From Longivirga aurantiaca (GTDB taxonomy: Bacteria; Actinomycetota; Actinomycetes; S36-B12; CAIYMF01): 19,844 bases of DNA. The position numbers and the translations under genes were made by a program. Below are positions 16,689 to 19,844 of this stretch, one piece after another (position 1 is the stretch's first letter; every line of letters starts with the position of its first letter). The stretch covers positions 1 through 19,844 of the forward strand of contig NZ_JBHSTI010000031.1 in assembly GCF_042660085.1 (NCBI RefSeq), read 5' to 3'. A model generated the notes under the pieces. That model ran no database searches. It worked only from the letters and a program-made list of their open reading frames with translations, and was not told the origin of the DNA.

Positions 16689-17878
16689 GCCTCAACATCC
16701 TGGACTGGGTCCTGCTCGTGATGCTGGTCGTCGCGGCCGTGTCCGGCTGGAGGCAGGGGCTGGTCTCGGGGGTGCTGTCGTTCGCGGGGTTCATCGCCGG
16801 GGCGATCACGGGAGCGCTGATCGCGCCGTACCTGATCGGCGGGGTCGAGGGCGTCTTCAGCTTCCTTCTCGCGATGGGCATCGTGATCGTGGGCGCCGGC
16901 GTGGGCAACTGGGCCGCGAGCCTCGTCGGCACCTGGGTGCGCGACTCCGTCACGTGGTCGCCCGCCCGCCTCGTCGACTCGGTCGGCGGCTCCCTGTTCG
17001 GCCTCCTGTCCGTTGCGCTGATCCTGTGGATGGTGGGCTCGGCCGCGCTCGGCGTACCGCTCGGGCCGGTGTCGACCCAGGTGCGCGGCTCGGCCGTCCT
17101 GGGCCAGATCGACGCAGCGATCCCCGAGTCCGCCCGAGACGTCATCGACGGGCTGCGCAGCGCGCTCGACTCTTCGGGACTGCCCGAGGCGTTCGCCGGC
17201 TTCACGCTGCCGCCGATCATCCCGGTGGACGAGCCCGACCCGACCCTCGGCGTCGACCCCGCTGTGCGGCAGACGTTCGGCTCGCTCGTGAAGGTGCAGG
17301 GCGTGGCGGAGGCCTGCAGCGCGGTGGTGGACGGATCCGGGTTCGTCTTCGCGCCCGACCGCGTGATGACCAACGCGCACGTGGTCGCGGGCATGGACGA
17401 CCCCTTCGTGACGATCCGCGGCACCGGGAAGGCCTACCGCGCGGTCGTGGTCTACCTCGACTCCCAGGTCGACGTCGCCGTGCTCTACGTGCCGGGTCTC
17501 GACGCCCCGGTGCTCGACTTCGCCGCCCGTCAGGCCGAGCGCGGCGACGACGCCGTGGTGGCCGGGTTCCCGGGCGGTGGCCGCCTCACCGCTACGCCCG
17601 CCCGCGTGCGCGGCGTGATCACCGCGCGCGGCACCGACATCTACGACAGCCGCAACGTCGTCCGCGAGGTCTACGCCATTCGGGGCGAGGTGCTCCCGGG
17701 CAACAGCGGCGGGCCGCTGCTCTCGCCCGCGGGCGACGTGTACGGCGTCGTCTTCGCGGCTGCGGTCGGCGACTCGAGCTCGGGCTACGCCCTCACCGCC
17801 CAGGAGGTGGCGGCCGCGGCACGGACCGGGGCCAGCGCCACCGAGCCCGTCTTCACCGGGTCCTGCGCCACCAGCTGA
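16685..17878 (+). CDS. marP: MarP-like membrane serine protease (CvpA-type 4-TM N-terminus + trypsin-like domain; Rv3671c-like)
   Basis: Track ORF 16649..17878, trimmed to the GTG at 16685 (VSLNILDWVLLVML...), which overlaps the NUDIX stop (GTGA) and gives 397 aa. The N-terminus is a hydrophobic CvpA-like region. The catalytic triad context is TNAHVVAG (His), VDVAVLYV (Asp) and LPGNSGGPLL (Ser). Confidence 0.9.
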   Translation: MSLNILDWVLLVMLVVAAVSGWRQGLVSGVLSFAGFIAGAITGALIAPYLIGGVEGVFSFLLAMGIVIVGAGVGNWAASLVGTWVRDSVTWSPARLVDSVGGSLFGLLSVALILWMVGSAALGVPLGPVSTQVRGSAVLGQIDAAIPESARDVIDGLRSALDSSGLPEAFAGFTLPPIIPVDEPDPTLGVDPAVRQTFGSLVKVQGVAEACSAVVDGSGFVFAPDRVMTNAHVVAGMDDPFVTIRGTGKAYRAVVVYLDSQVDVAVLYVPGLDAPVLDFAARQAERGDDAVVAGFPGGGRLTATPARVRGVITARGTDIYDSRNVVREVYAIRGEVLPGNSGGPLLSPAGDVYGVVFAAAVGDSSSGYALTAQEVAAAARTGASATEPVFTGSCATS

Positions 17879-17886
17879 TCCGGGGT

Positions 17887-17913
17887 GCGACCGGCCCTAG
17901 AGGCCGGTGTCGC
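17887..17913. terminator. Hairpin at the convergent marP / hydrolase junction (possible bidirectional terminator)
   Basis: The core ACCGGCC-ctaga-GGCCGGT is a 7-bp perfect stem at 17890-17908. It extends to GCGACCGGCC / GGCCGG(tg)TCGC with a 2-nt bulge. The loop contains the hydrolase stop codon (cta at 17897-17899). There is no U-tract. Confidence 0.4.
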
Positions 17914-18820
17914 TGTGCGCCCGCAGCCAGGGGATGAGGGCGGCGTCGAACGCGGCCGGGTCCTCCTCCTGCGGGAAGTGCCCGACGCCGTCGAGGTCGA
18001 CCCGGTCGTACCCGGCACCGGCGTACTCGTCCGAGCCGTCGACGCTGCTCGGCAGGATCGCACCGTCGTGCAGGCCGTGGATCTGCAGCACCGGCACGAC
18101 CACGGGCTCGGCCACGACGGCCTGGAACCTGCGGCCGTCCCGGCGCGGGATCGACCGGATCGCCCAGCGGTGGAACTCCACCGAGCAGTGCGCGGTGTTG
18201 GGCACGAGCATCGCCGACCGGTAGACCGCGGCGGTCTCCTCGTCGGGCCAGGCCGAGCCGGACCAGCGGCGCAGGAGCTGCTCGACGAGCGCGGCGTCGT
18301 TGCGGGTGAGCTGGCGCTCGGGCACGAACGGCCGCTGGAACCCGACGACGTAGCCGGCGAGCCGGCGCTGCGGCCCGTCGGACAGGAACGCGCGGCGCAG
18401 CGGCGCCGGGTGCGGCATGGCCACGGTGACGATGCCGCGCGTGACGTCGGGGTGCTGCGCGGCGACGGTCCAGGCGACCAGGCCGCCCCAGCCCTGACCG
18501 ACGACGAACGCGTCGGGCTCGCCGAGCGCGCGCACGAGGCCCGCGACGTCGGCCGCGAGGGTGAGGGGGTCGTAGCCGTGCGGCGTGTGGTCGCTGCCGC
18601 CGTACCCGCGCATGTCGACGGCGACGGCGCGGAAGCCTGCGGCGGCGAGGGACTCGAGCTGGTGCCGCCACGTCCACCAGAACGTCGGGAACCCATGCAG
18701 CAGCACCACGAGCGGGCCGTCGCCCGCCTCCACGACGTGAAAGCGGCACGCGTTGGCCGTGACGTCGCGGTGGGTCCAGGGACCTTCGCGGCGGACGACC
18801 TCAGCGGGTTCGGGCAGCAC
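17897..18820 (-). CDS. Alpha/beta-hydrolase fold protein, epoxide hydrolase/haloalkane dehalogenase-like (EphE/Rv3670 position), nucleophile position is Gly
   Basis: Track ORF 307 aa. It has the HGFP oxyanion motif (VVLLHGFPTFWWTWRHQ) and a C-terminal His context (GVGHFPQEEDP). The nucleophile elbow reads VVGQGWGG instead of the usual G-H-D-W-G-G. I verified this from DNA at 18482-18499 (GGT CAG GGC TGG GGC GGC). Confidence 0.85.
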   Translation of the reverse strand: MLPEPAEVVRREGPWTHRDVTANACRFHVVEAGDGPLVVLLHGFPTFWWTWRHQLESLAAAGFRAVAVDMRGYGGSDHTPHGYDPLTLAADVAGLVRALGEPDAFVVGQGWGGLVAWTVAAQHPDVTRGIVTVAMPHPAPLRRAFLSDGPQRRLAGYVVGFQRPFVPERQLTRNDAALVEQLLRRWSGSAWPDEETAAVYRSAMLVPNTAHCSVEFHRWAIRSIPRRDGRRFQAVVAEPVVVPVLQIHGLHDGAILPSSVDGSDEYAGAGYDRVDLDGVGHFPQEEDPAAFDAALIPWLRAHSDTGL

Positions 18821-18853
18821 GGTGCGACGGCCTCGCGGTGGTAGGCAGGGAGA

Positions 18854-19393
18854 TCAGGAGGCGCCGGGCTTGGGCCCCTGGGCCGGTGCGGCCGGGGTGG
18901 TCGGCGAAGTCGCCGGCTTCGGCGCGGTCGTGAGCGCCGTCGTCGTGGCGGCGGCCGAGGGAGCCGGCGCGGCGGCCGAGGCGGTCGAGCTCGCACCGGC
19001 GGGGGCGGCGTCGGGCATCGGCTTGCGGGACAGGACGGCCTTGGTCTTCTCGATCGAGGCCGGGGAGGCCTCGAGGCCCTTGACCTTCTCGAGCTGCTTG
19101 CGGCCGACGAGACCGAGGATCACGGCGGTGATGATGAGCAGGAGGGTGACGATGCCGAACGCGGCCCAGGTGGGGAGCCACTCGTCGAGCAGCCACGCGA
19201 GGGTGAGCAGGAGGAACAGCGCCCCCGTGCCCGCGATCACCGCGGCGCCGACGAGCAGGCCGGAGCCCGACGCGACGGTGCGCGCCTGCTGGCTGATCTC
19301 GGCCTTCACCAGCTCGATCTCACCGCGCAGCAGCGTGGAGATGTCCTGGGTGACCCCCGAGATCATCGTCCCGAGGGACTGCTTCTCGCTCAC
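18854..19393 (-). CDS. Holin-X / DUF1469-like (phage holin family 3_6-like) two-TM membrane protein with low-complexity tail
   Basis: Track ORF 179 aa with a GTG start at 19393 and AGGAGG 8 nt upstream. It has an amphipathic N-terminus (DISTLLRGEIELVKAEISQQAR), two TM segments (GSGLLVGAAVIAGTGALFLLLTLAWLL and WAAFGIVTLLLIITAVILGLVG), then RKQLEKVK and an Ala/Pro/Thr-rich C-terminus. Confidence 0.65.
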   Translation of the reverse strand: MSEKQSLGTMISGVTQDISTLLRGEIELVKAEISQQARTVASGSGLLVGAAVIAGTGALFLLLTLAWLLDEWLPTWAAFGIVTLLLIITAVILGLVGRKQLEKVKGLEASPASIEKTKAVLSRKPMPDAAPAGASSTASAAAPAPSAAATTTALTTAPKPATSPTTPAAPAQGPKPGAS

Positions 19394-19441
19394 GGACGTG
19401 ACCTCCTGATCGGTCCCGGGCTGGGACGTCGCTCCCCGAGG

Positions 19442-19844
19442 CTATCCATTCGACGGCTCGTCCGCGCCGCCGCCGGGATCCTGGCCGGGGACTCCTGCGG
19501 CTGTGCCCGCCGCCGGGCCGAGGTCCGGCTCCATGATCCGGTAGACGTCGGGAACGCCGTCACCGTCGTCGTCTGCCTCCTCGACGGCTGCGATCTCGGC
19601 GTACGCCCGGCGCCGGCGGCCGAGCGCCACGGCCGCGAGCAGGGCCGCCACCACGGAGGCGGCGAGGATGCCGATCTTCGCCTCGGTGAGCCGGGAGGCG
19701 TCGTCCTCGAACGCGAGCTCGCCGATGAGCAGGCTGACCGTGAACCCGATGCCGGCGAGGATGCCGACCGCGAGGACGTCGGCCCAGCGCAGGCTGGCCG
19801 ACAGGCTCGCGCGGGTATACCGGGCGACGAGCCACGCGCCGCCG
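19442..19844 (-). CDS. nhaA: Na+/H+ antiporter NhaA, C-terminal 133 codons only (5' end lies beyond the right edge)
   Basis: The frame stays open from the window edge to the TAG at 19442-19444. The translation is ...RWADVLAVGILAGIGFTVSLLIGELAFEDDASRLTEAKIGILAASVVAALLAAVALG.... Compare my recollection of E. coli NhaA: VVGILCGIGFTMSIFIASLAFG....AKLGILVGSISSAVIG. The track shows only the GTG-initiated 70-aa tail (19442..19654). Confidence 0.8.
   Translation of the reverse strand, partial: GGAWLVARYTRASLSASLRWADVLAVGILAGIGFTVSLLIGELAFEDDASRLTEAKIGILAASVVAALLAAVALGRRRRAYAEIAAVEEADDDGDGVPDVYRIMEPDLGPAAGTAAGVPGQDPGGGADEPSNG

Noticed and set aside
15022-18996. ORFs 15022..15975 (-), 15891..16682 (-), 16246..17937 (+, 563 aa), 16550..17424 (-), 17785..18996 (-, 403 aa), 17853..18749 (-) and 17885..18844 (+)
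   Set aside because: They are shadows of the nth-tlpA-nudix-marP operon and of the alpha/beta hydrolase and holin-like genes. None contains a recognisable motif, and the called frames do.
19560-19835. Track ORF 19560..19835 (-, 91 aa)
   Set aside because: It is an out-of-frame shadow of the nhaA 3' region, giving an Arg/Pro/Gly-rich product. The NhaA frame matches the conserved GIGFT...LAF...AK(I/L)GIL signature.

Overview
Very high-G+C (by eye roughly 70-75%), densely coding actinobacterial chromosomal DNA with no rRNA, CRISPR array, transposase, integrase or IS-like repeats. I call 23 complete CDS, one 5'-truncated CDS at the right edge and one truncated tRNA at the left edge. Gene content and order match the conserved actinobacterial block known from M. 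tuberculosis as about Rv3669-Rv3683: metallophosphoesterase, class A PBP (PonA2-like), WhiB4/WblA-type regulator, two ArsA/Get3-like ATPases, DUF4177, RidA, MBL hydrolase, Crp, Nth, TlpA-like thioredoxin lipoprotein, CoA-pyrophosphatase-type NUDIX, MarP-like protease, EphE-like alpha/beta hydrolase and a holin-X-like membrane protein. Genes not in that core are a TreY-like GH13 enzyme 7 nt downstream of crp, a DUF2510 membrane protein, a SHOCT-tailed membrane protein, a second NUDIX-like gene, an RsiG-like coiled-coil protein and nhaA. Two features are missing from the ORF track: a 51-aa DUF4177 gene (6849-7004) and the 5' part of a tRNA-Pro(CGG) (1-37). About half of the long track ORFs are antisense or out-of-frame shadows typical of high-GC DNA. 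I do not see a self-contained new multi-gene system such as a defence island. The items most worth a second look are listed here.
- The RsiG-like protein has a single degenerate c-di-GMP motif.
- Nested perfect palindromes lie in the rsiG-like/nth intergenic region.
- crp is coupled to a GH13 gene.
- The ArsA-like pair has asymmetric Walker A motifs.
- A NUDIX-like gene has no canonical start codon.
- An alpha/beta hydrolase has Gly at the nucleophile position.
Functional names rest on motif recognition from memory, not on database searches.
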